From Eledone cirrhosa (Eukaryota): a stretch of 64,000 nucleotides of DNA. Under the pieces are notes generated by a model. The model was given only the letters and a program-made list of their open reading frames with translations. It was not told the origin of the DNA and made no database searches. This document shows, piece by piece, positions 1 through 11,753 of the stretch (its first letter is position 1; every line of letters begins with the position of its first letter). The stretch covers positions 257,548,001 to 257,612,000 of the forward strand of contig OZ024740.1 in the NCBI GenBank assembly GCA_964016885.1, in the 5' to 3' direction. The translations under genes and the position numbers were made by a program.

Positions 1-892
1 CATATATGCGACTATAACGTCAAGATGGGAAAAGTAGTTAACGAAAGATTTAGGAAATATAACTCAAACTCATCTCAAAAGAGAATCAGGATACAAATTC
101 ATCCACAGAATTTAGTAAAATCCATGGAAAAATCTATAGACCTTTAACTCATGATAAACAAAGTTTGAAACACTTATCCTTCAATTTGGAATAACATCAA
201 ATGCTCTGTATAGTTTTAAAAGACTATTTCATGAAAACTTTCAGTGGAGATGGTCACGGTTGGAACATCATTCATCAGCAGAGCTCAACAGAAAACCAGG
301 GCTCTCACAGTAATATAGTCCGAAAAAGGGAATTCTAAAACTGGCTAGTTCGCCTTCATGTGTATTTATGAAAAAGCACATGAGGAAAAAACGGGGCTAG
401 TGACGTCAGGATGGAAGTGAATGTTTATTTACAAGAAATAGCAGTCAAATACATTCTGAAAAAAAACTCTACAAGGAGTTCAGCAAAATAGCAATAATTA
501 TCACAGTTTTTATGAAAAAAACCGGGATTAGTCACAGATAGTTTAAGCACTCTAGGAAAAGAATCCGAGTATAAATATAAATGAGACGTATAGAGATTGT
601 TTTAGCAAGACTTCTGATGAATGATATTCCAACCGTGACCATCTCCACTGAACGTTTTCATGAAATAGTCTTTTAAGACTATACAGAGCATTTGATGTTA
701 TTCCAAATTGAAGGATAAGTGTTTCAAACTTTGTTTTATCATGAGTTAAAGGTCTATAGATTTTTCCATGGATTTTACTAAATTCTGTGGATGAATTTGT
801 ATCCTGATTCTCTTTTGAGATGAGTTTGAGTTATTTTTCCTAAATCTTTCGTCAACTACTTTTCCCATCTTGACGTTATAGTCGCATATATG
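1..892. repeat. Long inverted repeat (arms ~1-278 and ~614-892), hammerhead-bearing fold-back element next to (TA)n; left arm may extend beyond the window
   Basis: catatatgcgactataacgtcaagatggg at 1 is the reverse complement of cccatcttgacgttatagtcgcatatatg ending at 892; the match runs inward to tcatcag (272-278) / ctgatga (614-620). Confidence 0.9.
203..284 (-). ncRNA. Type I hammerhead ribozyme
   Basis: Minus strand: stem I gctctg/cagagc, CTGATGA, stem II ATGA...TCAT, GAAA, stem III TAGTCTTTTAAAACTA, then TA. The plus-arm copy (614-689) has the core but lacks the 5' strand of stem I. Confidence 0.8.
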
Positions 893-935
893 TTATAGAA
901 TGCCGTTAGTTTCTTGCTAAAACAATCTCTATACG

Positions 936-939
<4 letters not shown>

Positions 940-1005
<66 letters not shown>

Positions 1006-1151
1006 ATATCGGCTTAGCTGCGGCTCGAGCTTCGAATATGCTGTACTTTCATTTATATATATGTTGTGTGCGTGTGTATGTGTATATATATTTGTAGAGA
1101 TGTGTATGTATATATATATATATGGGTGCATAATTGTCTGACCGTGTGTAT

Positions 1152-1186
<35 letters not shown>

Positions 1187-1284
1187 TATATATATATATA
1201 TATTTATATGTATATATATATATATATATGTGTATGTATATGTGTGTGTATGTGTGTATATATATTTATGTGTATGTATATATC

Positions 1285-1315
<31 letters not shown>

Positions 1316-1664
1316 ATGTATATCTCTTTATTTATGTATGTCTGAGTTGTGTGTGAGCGTGTGGTTGTATGTGTATATACATACATGGATATGTGTATGT
1401 GTGTGTATATATACGTATATGTATGTGTGTGTGTGTATATATATATGTGCGTGTATGTATGTATATATATGTGTGTATATATGTGTGTATATATATGTGT
1501 GTATATGTATATATGTATATGTATGTATGTATGTATGTATGTGTATGTACATATATGTGTATATATATGTGTGTGTTGTGAATATATGTATATATATATG
1601 TGTGTATGTGTGTGTCTATGTATTTATATATGTATATGTATGTGTCTCTATATATATATGTATG

Positions 1665-1704
<40 letters not shown>

Positions 1705-1939
1705 TATATGTATATCGGTGTGTATTTTATGTATGAGTATATATTTTACTTGTTTATTTCTTTTTAATATATTTTTCTTTTTATTTCTAAATTTATAGAT
1801 ACATTTTATAAATAGGCAGTTGTCTGACACCCTCAGTAATTACTGACCCCCTTTACCTACTTCTGCATCTAGATGTAAATATATGTGGCAGTGTTTATGT
1901 GCGCCTTAATATCCATATAGTTATAATAATAATATATAC

Positions 1940-2013
<74 letters not shown>
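940..2013. repeat. Compound (TA)n/(TG)n/(TATG)n/(TTTA)n microsatellite block
   Basis: Direct reading; source of many spurious YI/VC-repeat ORFs. Confidence 0.95.
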
Positions 2014-2017
<4 letters not shown>

Positions 2018-2366
2018 TCGTGGGTATGTGTATGTTTATGTGTATATGCGCGTGTGTGTATGAATGTATGTATATGCGTCTATATATGAATGTATATATG
2101 TTTATATACGTATGTGTATTTTATCTGTAGATTATAAACATACAGAGACATTAGCCCTGAATTTTTGTATTTATATACATTTTTTCGACATGCGTATGCA
2201 TGTGAACATATATTTTTATGCATATCTGTGAACGAAGTTACTTACATATATACACACACCTAACTGTATTTTCTTGATATATTTTTGTGTATTTCATTGG
2301 TCAATTTGAACTCTGTTCCCAAACAGACCTGTAATTTTGAATTGTTGTTATTATCAATAAATATAT

Positions 2367-2519
2367 TTCATTATTTCTGAAGACGGCATATGTATGTGTT
2401 GGTATGTATATTATATTTGATAGTTTGTATAATTTTGTATAATTTTGTACATAGATCTGTTGAATATGCATGCCAATTCTAACACATATATGTCCTAGAA
2501 ACGATCGTTAAATAATGAA
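2367..2519 (+). ncRNA. Type I hammerhead ribozyme with long stem II insertion
   Basis: Stem I ttcattattt/aaataatgaa (10 bp), CTGAAGA at 2377-2383, extended stem II (ggcatatgtatgtgtt...aacacatatatgtcc), GAAA at 2498-2501, palindromic CGATCG, TT (GUU site). Confidence 0.8.
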
Positions 2520-2573
2520 CTTTTTTTGTTTAATATAAGGAACTGTTTCATTGTTTTATTCATTATTTTTTTA

Positions 2574-2655
<82 letters not shown>

Positions 2656-2659
<4 letters not shown>

Positions 2660-3372
2660 AAAAAATGGGGAGAAGAATACTGCAGGTTGCACATGGATAA
2701 CATGTTATAAAATGAGTCTCTCATCAGTGATTTGCCAACGATCATGGATATTTCATTGCATTAAAAATCATATACCTCACGTTGGTGCAATAATAACTAA
2801 ATTAAGTTATTAGGACAATTAAAACGCGTAAAGTGAGTGAGACAAGTAAACAACAAAGAGGAAAGCTAACCGTAGATAGGAAGGGAACAAGCTACATAGT
2901 TATTCTGTTAGCATAAGCTAGGTGAATATATGAGCGCTTAGAAAAAAGACCTTTCGAGATGAATCCAAATGTAAGAAAGAAGGAAAATGTATTCGTCGCG
3001 AACGGGGTGAAGTGAGAAGGGGAGAAACAGTGAGTGAGTGAGTGGAAGTGTGAGGAAGAGTTAACTGACATGACAGAGGGGGCGAAAGAAAGTAGGAGAA
3101 ACAGAGAGAACGAGGGAGCAGTAAGAGAGAGAGAGAGAGAGAAAAACAGAATCGCAGTTTAGGTAAATATATGTGAAAAAATGGGGAGAAGAATACTGCA
3201 GGTTGCACATGGATAACATGTTATAAAATGAGTCCCTCATCAGTGATTTGCCAACGATCATAGATATTTCATTGCATTAAAAATCATATACCTCACGTTG
3301 GTGCAATAATAACTAAATTAAGTTATTAGGACAATTAAAACGCATAAAGCGAGTGAGACAAGTAAACAACAA
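2656..3372. repeat. ~200-bp direct repeat pair (2656-2856, 3172-3372), pLTR-like
   Basis: gtgaaaaaatggggagaagaatactgcagg...gagacaagtaaacaacaa occurs twice, nearly identical. Each copy has CTGATGA on the minus strand but no matching GAAA half. Confidence 0.8.
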
Positions 3373-3994
3373 TATATAGTTAACAATATATAGTTAACAA
3401 TATATAGTTAACAATATATAGTTAAGTCTTAGACAGGAACAAAAACAAAGAGGCAGTACAAATATGAGTTTATTAGGTTAACTCTTGTGAGAGTGGTGAT
3501 ATATTTATATATATATATAACTGTTTGTTTTTATATATATATTCTATCTGCTATATTTATTATTAAATAATTAATAACATTTAATTAAATGTTGTATGTG
3601 TATAAGGGTATATTAGTATTAATATAAATAAATAATTATAATTGAAAATATATATAAATATTATGTTTTTAATATTACATAAGGGGTTAAAGGGATATAA
3701 TTTATTAACTTGAGTCTGTGTTAGGATTAAAATTGCAAACTATACAAATAATATTGCAGGATGTAAATACCTTAATTACTTTATGTTAATCATTTCTATA
3801 TTTAAGTGGTAACATATATAAATTAGAGTGTTATATATTTAAGAAAATTACTCAATTATGATAACATAACATGTTAATTCTGTATCATCATAGTTTATGA
3901 TATATGAATGTGTGATCCATCTAAATATTATTCAAATATCAAGTATTTAATAGCAGGTTAAACAATATTTTAACTTAATTATATTAATATATAG

Positions 3995-4211
3995 TGAAGA
4001 CGTGTGGCTGAGTGGTTAGGGAATTAAATTCACAATCTTGAGATTGTGAGTTCGATTCCTGGACCGGGCGATGCGTTATGTCCTTGAGCAAGACTCTTTA
4101 TTTCACGTTGCTACTTCTACCTGGAGTTGCGACCGAGAGATAGTACTAGCAACTGGAAAGACCAACGGAAACATTGTTTCCTCGGTCCGATTTGACGAAA
4201 GTTGATCGATC
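3995..4211 (+). mobile_element. tRNA-derived SINE with CORE-like central domain
   Basis: A box tggctgagtggtt, B box gttcgattcc, then tccttgagcaagactctttatttcac; a second, 5'-truncated copy lies at 58730-58909. Confidence 0.75.
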
Positions 4212-4440
4212 CTTTATATTAATATAATCTATTACTTCTGTGTATTTTATAGTATTAAGAAACATGAGTCTACTTACATATTATTCAAATACTATGGATG
4301 TAATATTCGGATAAATAATATTGTATTTTTATGAACATATTAGAATATATCTACTAATCTTGCAATTGTTATATTCTCTGAATTTAAAAATTAATAAGAG
4401 GATTGAGAATCAGGTAAAGTGTTATATGAATCAACGTTAG

Positions 4441-6420
4441 TTAATTGAAATTATAATGTTTGTAGTATTTAAAAGATTGTAGGTTCCTCTGGGAGTACGT
4501 GCAAAAAAATTCTGGCTTTTTATTTAAAATACAAGCCCTGGAGTTAATTAATTGAGATTCAAGGAAGCATAGTCTGCATATTGTATTATTAAGTTTATAT
4601 GCGGGGGATCTATCTAGAATTTTCCACTTTAATGTATATATATTTAAATTAAATGGTGGGTTCAAAATGTGTTTAACCGTCTGCGGTTTCTTTTTTGTTG
4701 TTCTTTTGGCTTATGTTTATATAATTATGTTGGTTAATTGTGTTTGTAGATTTATCTGCGGCTTCTGGTTGTTTAGATTCAGTGTTCATATTATTTTGGG
4801 TTGCTGGTTTTATGCGGGGGTTAAATAGTTTGTGTTTATATGTGTTTCTTTTATTGTTCTAATATATTTATTTCTATTATTATCTATACTATTGGTATAA
4901 GTCTGTTTATTCTTATCTATTGCATGGTTATGTAGATTATTGTTATTGTCTTTTAATTTGGATTTATTCATTGGCATAGTATATGATGTTGTATTGCTTG
5001 ATTGATCTTCTTTATTATTCCCATCCATATCACCAATTTTATCACTGTGGCACGAGCGATATAAAGTTTCATTATAATATGTTGCATTTTGGTTAAATAT
5101 GGTTTCATTATAAGATAAGGTACTAATTCTATTAGATATACCCTGAACTATTGAATCGAGTATTGTTTTAGAGTGGTTTAATTTCTTATCTTTGTAGCAT
5201 ATTTGTTCACTTGTAAGTTCCTGTTAGGAGATCTAAAGTTACATCTAAAAAGTTTACCATTTTACAATTCATACCTACAGTTATATCTAGGTTATAGTTT
5301 TTAAAAAGTTTATGAATGTCTTTTCAAGTTCTTTCTATTTTGTGTTTCTTATATTTAGGGCAAAAAGAGCATCATCTCGGTACAAACCATCTTTTAAATA
5401 TGGGATATTTATGCTAATTTCTCCTAGTATATATAATCCAACAAGATCCTTGACTTGGGGTGATTCAATAGATCCCCTTGAGATCTCGAAGTTGTTTGGG
5501 GTACTTTTATGTGTCCATAACCACCCTTCATATTCAATAATCGTCTTGCGAGCCGCTAAAATTATATCAACTTCTGATCTATTCAGGCTACTTTGTCTCA
5601 TTGTCGTAATCAGAGATCCGTTGAGTCAATTAGAAGATATGTATGTGTAAAATGTGTTGATTTGAAATTAGATGAATCTATTAGACGTTTTATTATCGAT
5701 ATGATTAAACTAATCTATAACTTCCTTAGAGTAAGGCTACGGATTAAATGTAATTTTTTGTTTAATCATAGAGATGACTTTATCTAAGATTTGTTTTATT
5801 AATTATTCTTTTGACTGATTTAGAGAGGCATACTAAAATAATTCTTGCGTTGGTATTACATTCATCGTTAAGATCTTTTAATGAGAATCTAGGGCGTTTC
5901 GGGTTATACGGTTCTGTGTATTTTTCTAAATTTAGCTTTTCAACTATGGATTGACCTTCTAAGTTAATCTTATTTACGTTCTTCATATTGGTTTTCCTAT
6001 AATTCTTACTTACTTCCTTAGATGTGAATGCTCTATATGTTTCATAATCTAAACTATATCTGCTAAAACCATTATTTTATTGTTTATCAAATGTTTTAAT
6101 AGTGGTACTAATATTTTTAAAGAATGTGTTGCTGTTCGTGTGTGTTATTTTGTATTTAATGCTTTTAATAAGTGTTAGTATATTATTTTCAAAATAGTCT
6201 AGTAATACATCGTGTGGTGGGCTGTGATATCTTTTGAACCCATAGTTTTCAAATGTAAGTTTATCCTGGTTATCATTATTGGTCTTGTTATTGTCATAAT
6301 GGGACGCATGTCATCTGATGCGCTTAATGAAGGAGGTAATACTATTAATAAGAGATTTTTTCACGTTTCTTTTGATGGAATAGGTATGTGAAATACGAAG
6401 ATAGTCTTCGATGAACATTC
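4441..6420 (-). pseudogene. Decayed Naiad-type Penelope-like element ORF (RT + GIY-YIG C-terminus), with stops, frameshifts and internal deletion
   Basis: Translated fragments: IPIPS...ITSFIKRIR*HA, YGFKRYHSPP..LLDYFENN, FEISRGSIESPQVKDLVGLYIL..GLYRDDAL (PLE RT YRDD), W.ILDRSPAY..CRLCFLE..LNKKPE (end of endonuclease). Confidence 0.8.
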
Positions 6421-6462
6421 TAGTATGTATGAATCAAAAGTTCAACACGGACGAGCTGTATG

Positions 6463-6655
6463 TAATAATAATTGTTTCTACTTTTGGCACAAGGCCAGCA
6501 ATTATCTCAGTGCATTACTGGAGCTTTATTTTATCGATCCCGTAAGAATGAAAGGCAACCTAGGTGGGATTTGAACTCAGATCATAAAGGGGCGTAACTC
6601 TATGCTGTAAAGCATGGCGTCTGACCCTCTTCCGATACTGCCAAGCTACCGACAC
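6463..6655 (-). mobile_element. tRNA-derived SINE (Meta-like core) ending in ATTATT
   Basis: Minus strand: A box tggcagtatcgg, B box gttcaaatcc, gcctttcattcttacgggatcgataaaataaag, 3' ggccttgtgccaaaagtagaaacaattatt. Confidence 0.8.
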
Positions 6656-6826
6656 CCCACTGTTTGAATTGTTAAATATAAAACATAAATAGCAATATAT
6701 TTCTTTCAGACTAATATATTTTTGGAATGGATTCATAACTGTAAAGTTGTTCGTGATATTATAAGGTATTTGTATATTATATATTATAATTATTCTCTAG
6801 ATTGACTTATATCAGTATTTAAAATA

Positions 6827-6864
6827 AACTCTGGTGAAACCCACGGTCCAAACAATTGTCAATT
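6827..6864 (+). ncRNA. Degenerate minimal hammerhead ribozyme remnant
   Basis: aact CTGGTGA aac ccacg gtc CAAA CAATTG TC aatt AATAAA; differs from a canonical core by several substitutions. Confidence 0.4.
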
Positions 6865-6920
6865 AATAAATGCCTTAAATGTTTTAGTTTGTAAACAAAC
6901 TATATGTACACACACACACA

Positions 6921-6972
<52 letters not shown>

Positions 6973-6973
<1 letters not shown>

Positions 6974-7355
6974 CTCATTATATATAAAAGGCAGATTGTT
7001 GTTGTGTGTGTGCATGCTCCATGTTTATACATTTACACAATTTCAAACCGATTCGACTCAAAGTCTGTAAGAATGTTGAAAATGGTCTAATTTAGGTCAA
7101 CGACTATTTATTTATTTCAATCTCTCCCACAATTACGGAAAAAATCGATAAAACTAAATACTAAAGACGCTTTACCGCTCTAATACAATCTGATATCCTC
7201 TCTCCACTCCCCTTAAAATTCGATAAAACTACATACATGCTGCAACTTTCTCTTATATACGCTTAAACTTACAAACTTCCTTTAGGAACGCCGAAGAAAG
7301 AAGAAAGAAGAGAGAGAAGAGAGTGAGAGAGAGAGAGAGCGAGAGAGAAGAGAGT

Positions 7356-7416
<61 letters not shown>

Positions 7417-7944
7417 TTTGTTTTTGAATCGAAACATCAATTATCAAAAGCAACAGATAAATTTATTCAACAACAAAAACATAGCGATGAATCTTTTTTA
7501 AAACATCTCTCAACGAACTTGGAAGAAAGAAGTATCAGTTTATTTACTATACACAATAATATCCTATATGAGGTCACTAAACCTGCTAGAAACAGCAGCT
7601 AACTCTCCCCCATATCACACCCCTCCCTACTGTCTTAAATTTAGAAAACACACATTAGACAACCATGCAGAACAACTCCATCGCAGCTCTGTTCGGCTGG
7701 CATTGTCTACGCGCGTGTTGCGTAAGTTCTGTGAAACAATAAATTTCAACACTTCTTTGCACAGAGATAATATTCATAGGCGAAACTACAATTGTCACTG
7801 CTGGTGCAGCTCCTGCTTCGGCAGTCCAGGTCTGCAATTCATTCACCCAGTGCCTGGCAGACAAAAAAGTGCTGCCATAAAATGGTTGGTGCAACCTAAA
7901 TTTGATAACTGCCGACCCCGAGAAACGCCGGGCTTAAATGCTAG
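6973..7944 (+). mobile_element. Non-autonomous Helitron
   Basis: 5' A|TCtcattatatataaaa; 3' subterminal hairpin cccgagaaacgccggg (7917-7932) followed by CTAG|T; internal (GA)n. Confidence 0.7.
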
Positions 7945-8074
7945 TACTCTATAAACAAAAATCAAAGAGTGTTTAGAACATTTAATTACTTACGATCATT
8001 TCACCCTAGTGTAAGATATAACATAATTAGTAAATAAACACGTATCGGAGTATGATCTACGGCGGTGCACTATT

Positions 8075-10423
8075 GTGAAAAGCCGATAACAGCAGGCGAA
8101 ATACGGGTAGCGATGTCTGACTGCACGCAGGTTCAATCGCCAGGTTTCGATGGTCTGCCCTACGAGATTTATGCGTACATGCCAGACTTGATTGGTGACC
8201 TCTTGGCAGACGTCTACTGCAATTGGTAACAGAACGGGAGCATTCCCAGTTTTGTCAGCCGAGCAGCGGTGGCGCTGTTGAGAATAGACCCGACCAAGGG
8301 GGACGTTATAGACAACTTTAAGCTCATAACTCTGCTAAACGCAGAGTTTAAGATTTTGGGCAAGGTGTTAGCAAAGAGATTGGAGCTTGTCGTTGGTGAT
8401 CTGGTGGGAGAGGCGCAGACATGCGCCATTCCAGACAGATCCATCCACGACAACCTCCATCTCATGCAATACATCATAGAGAGGGTGGTTAAGGAACCTG
8501 GCACGGGTGAGGCCCTGATCAACGGGGATCAATCTAAAGCATTTGATAGTGTCGACCATCGGTACCTGGCTTCAGGCCCGTTTTTAGGGTCTGGATCGCT
8601 GCGATGCACAGCGACATCTGATCGATTGTGAGGGTGAATGGTCACCTGTCGCAGCTTTTCAGCATCGTGCACTCGTTCCGCCAGGGTTGCCCCCTCTCGT
8701 CCCTCTTGTACGTACTATCCCTAGAGCCGTTACTGCACAAATTGGAGACGATGAGTGGTGTCCCACGCGAACTGGGATGCGGGAGATCCGTGCCAGCTTA
8801 CGCCGAGGACGTCACCTTGGTGGTTTCGAGCACCAAACACGTCCAGATGCTCGGCAGCGCTCTCAAGGAATACGAAGCCGTGACAGGAACAAAGATAAAC
8901 CAGGAGAAGTCGGTGGGCTTGCAACTCGGCACCTGGAGAGGCAAGTCCATGCCGTCCGACAGCGTCCTGTGGCGCTGGACCGAAACGACCGGTTAAATTG
9001 CTCGGTGTCTGTTTCTGTCCGGACCTCCAGATGGAGAAAAACTGGAGCGACGTGACGAGCTGGGTGGCCTCTCTCACCCAGAAATGGGCTGAGAGGAGGT
9101 TATCTCTGAAAGGTCGGACGGAGGTGGTGAATGCGTACATAACGTCCGTCATCTGCTACCGCCTGACCGTCGTACCTTTCCCCCACCCAACTCTGACCAA
9201 AATGGAGCGCCTTCTCTTCCGGTTTTTGTGAAAGGGACGTGCTCCCATGGTCAGCCGATCCATTGCTGTCAACACCCGTTGCGTGGAGGACTAGACATGC
9301 CGTGGCTGATGATATTCAAACATGCGCTGAGGATGCGAAATCTCTGGTGGTTTCTTGACGATGTACAGGTGTGGTCGCCGTTTGTCAGAGGCGGTTTTCC
9401 CCAGCTCGTCTCCTTGACGGAGCTGCAGTCCTGGATCAGGAAATGACCGAGGGATAGCGCTTGGAAGCTGGAAAGTCTCCAAGGGCTCACCGCCCTCTAC
9501 CAGCTGAGCACTTGTATCGGTGGTACATCCACTTCGGCGTTCTATAGAGGGCTAGTGGAGGGAAAGAGCGACGACGTTCTCGGGGAGACCCTGGGCGTCG
9601 AAGACGATCAGCTGTTCGCTCTCTTCAAGAGAACTTGCAGACCGGGGCCTTTTGACAACTTCCAGAAACCCCTACCCTGGCAGTGCTACCGGTGAGCGTT
9701 GCCGGTTCGGAATAAATTCTACAGGCACGGTGGTGCTGTCAGTCGAGCCTGTCCGAGATGCGCGCAGGGCGACGAAACCGTCCCGAAACAGTGCCCGAGG
9801 ATTGCTGACTTGTGGAGTTATGTCGAACAGCTGCTGTCGCGTGTAGGACTGATCCGGTTATTGACTGAATCCATTGTGCAGATAACCCCGCCATCCTCCT
9901 TTAAAGGGGAGGAAGGGTAGGCAATTTTCATCTGCCTGGTGGCCATGGCGAAAGAGATTGTGTGGTGGACAAGGTTGAAAGGATTGAAGACAGACACTTT
10001 CCTCTTCGGCCAATCTCTGATTAACTTTTTCAAGTTTCACTTGAAGCGGAAAATCAAGGTGGAGAGGCAAGTGCTGCCTTCTAGCAAGTTTGTTGAAAGG
10101 TGGGTAGGAGTGGCGAGTCTGGTCCGAGTGAACGTGCCCGCTCTGAGTGTGCGCCCCTAGACTGAGGAGTGTGAAAACTGAGAGAGGGTGATTGCCCTGG
10201 TGGTTAGGGTGGCCGTCGCCTCTTTGTGTGGTTTTCGCCAGGAGTGACCCGCGGAGGTTTCTCCCTTTTGGGGAATTTTCATTGTTTGAATTTTGTTTAC
10301 TTCTAGCCCAATTTTGGTATAACCTGTTTACACGACCAAAACCCACTTTGTATCGTCCTGTGCTGTTCTGTACCGACTGTAATGTTTTTCTTCGTGTTAG
10401 CCCTTGTGGCCAATAAAGAAACC
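8075..10423 (+). mobile_element. 5'-truncated, decayed Tx1-clade LINE (ORF2 RT and C-terminal region, 3' UTR, AATAAA, (ATT)n tail)
   Basis: Fragments ITLLNAEFKIL, DQSKAFDSVDH, RQGCPLS, YAED, CPRC..ETV; ends cccttgtggccaataaagaaacc-attattatt. Confidence 0.9.
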
Positions 10424-10450
10424 ATTATTATTATTATTAATATTATTATT

Positions 10451-11732
10451 CTTTGAATCTCAGTCATTGATGTTAGTTAACTGGAAAGTTTGTTGAAATG
10501 AATATCAAGCCACTACCTGCAGCCTCAGATATTTAGGACGTATCGGAGGGTTCTTGCTGTTCCCAGCCAGCATGCCTTTTGAAGCGTTCCAAAAAGCGTG
10601 AAGGGGCCAATTTTCTTTAAACATCACTGGAAACCTTTTGAGATAGTACCTAGTGCGCCTTTAAGTCCTGGTATCGGTTAATTTTCTCCCTCTCCTTCTC
10701 TTGCACTCTCGTGTCGAATGGGCAGGCCACATCCACAATCAGGCACGATCTTTTTTCTTTGTCCACAACCAGGAGGTCAGGTCTATTGTGTTCCAGTTTC
10801 TTGTCCGTCTGTATCCTAAAATCCCACAGCACCTTCACCTGATCGTTTTCTATCACCGACTCTGGCTTATTCTCATACCACTTCTCAGAATGTGGTAAAT
10901 TGTTTACTTTGCATAGGTGCCAGTAGTCCACCCTGCCCATCACATCATGTCTCCAACCCTTATAGGGAGTCTGGGCTAGGTGTTTACACTCGGATACAAT
11001 GTGAGCCACAGTCTCCTCTCTCACTCCACAGATCCTGCACAGTGGGCTAGCCTCCTCCTTGTAAATATGGTGTTTCAACCACTTCGTTTTGAAGGCCTGC
11101 TCTTGTGCAGCCATTAACATTCCTTCTGTAGTCTTTTTAAGGTCACCTCTTTTAAACCAGTTCCATGTCTGTGGATCTCTGAATTCAGTTTTCTCAAAGA
11201 AGGTACTATGAAGGGATTTTTCCTGAAGGCTGCTCTTTCTCCTTGTTGTTATTTCCTCCTTGGACATCCCCTGGTCTATTGTCCTCTCCTTCAGTACAGT
11301 TCTGAGCATCGGCTCCTTACTATCAGTCACGAATTTGTGTAGGTTGTTTTTCTATATCTGAACACAGTCCTCTATGCTGATAAGACCTCTTCCACCTTCA
11401 GATCTCCTTAAGTAGAGTCTATCGACATCACTCCTCTTGTGGAACATGTTGTAGATAGTCAATAACTTCCTAGTCTTCCTATCCATTTCTTTTTGTTCAG
11501 CAACATTGCATCTCAGAATTCCCGCACTGTACCTAATAATAGACACAGCTCGGGAATTTACTGCACTTATGGCATTCCTACTGTTCAGATGTGACTTTAA
11601 TACGCTCCTTACTCTCCGAATGTATTCAGTTCTTATCAATTCCTTCATTTTTTGTTCTTGATGTCATCAGCCTCCAGAACACCCAAATACTTGTATCCTT
11701 CTGCAGTGTCAATTTCCTTTATCATCTCACCT
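10451..11732 (-). mobile_element. R4/Dong-like RLE retrotransposon family A, 5'-truncated copy A1
   Basis: ORFs 10650-11330 and 11352-11648 with CRICG..ETVAHIVSEC, RHD and RPDLLVVD; flanked by (TAA)n on both sides. Confidence 0.9.
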
Positions 11733-11753
11733 TATTATTATTATTATTATTAT

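Noticed and set aside
856-2130. Many ORFs of YI/VC/HT dipeptides (also at 35.3k, 39.4k, 53.5k, 56-60.9k and 62.8k)
   Set aside because: They are translations of dinucleotide microsatellites that lack stop codons, not genes.
3995-4075. tRNA gene
   Set aside because: A and B boxes are present, but there is no cloverleaf and it continues into SINE body sequence that is repeated elsewhere.
6300-6370. In-frame TGA codons in the Naiad ORF as possible selenocysteine
   Set aside because: They fall at a conserved Trp (RW) or non-Cys positions in a heavily decayed copy; the Cys-rich endonuclease at 40.6-41.5k has ordinary Cys codons.
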